DNA of 64,000 nt from Octopus sinensis. Taxonomy: Eukaryota. Positions 63,901-64,000 of this stretch are shown here, one piece after another. A model generated the notes under the pieces. The model was given only the letters and a program-made list of their open reading frames with translations. It did not search any database and was not told the origin of the DNA. Within the stretch, counting starts at the first letter, position 1; each line of letters starts with the position of its first letter. The stretch covers positions 9,920,001 through 9,984,000 of the forward strand of contig NC_043004.1 of the NCBI RefSeq assembly GCF_006345805.1, given 5' to 3'. The translations under genes and the position numbers were made by a program.

Positions 63901-64000
63901 AGTTATGGTGCTTTAAGCTATGCTCATAATGTTCATTATGCAAACATTTTAATTAATTAGTTAATATTATGAATTGATGAAATCACCCGGGGTGAAGTTT

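Overview
This 64 kb window is AT-rich, microsatellite-saturated animal DNA, most likely intronic or intergenic Octopus (inferred from repeat content; not database-checked). No host protein-coding gene, rRNA, intact tRNA or CRISPR array can be supported. Almost every ORF in the supplied track is a translated microsatellite. Real coding remnants all belong to transposable elements: a CR1-type RT (59964-62079), a CR1 3' end, an RTE-type LINE, R4/Dong-type RLE LINE fragments, L1/Tx1-type RT fragments and mariner transposase pieces. Other repeats are three tRNA-derived SINE families (my working labels A, B, C), an uncharacterised family E, an (AAT)n-anchored family D, two non-autonomous Helitrons, hAT and mariner MITEs, and short (TA)n-embedded elements resembling Penelope-like (PLE) termini. 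The most interesting signals are: (1) minimal type-I hammerhead-ribozyme folds with a shared variant core (CCGACGA) in two unrelated short elements; (2) a pri-miRNA-shaped hairpin at 48829-48927 and a ~90-bp-stem fold-back at 55708-55903; (3) several near-perfect local inverted duplications, including a 143-bp templated inversion with junction microhomology; (4) co-oriented arrays of family D and R4/Dong fragments in (AAT)n tracts; (5) repeated insertion of other elements into the internal microsatellite of SINE A. All analysis was by eye. Repeat boundaries are approximate unless termini or TSDs are quoted, and some stretches look like poorly polished long-read sequence.
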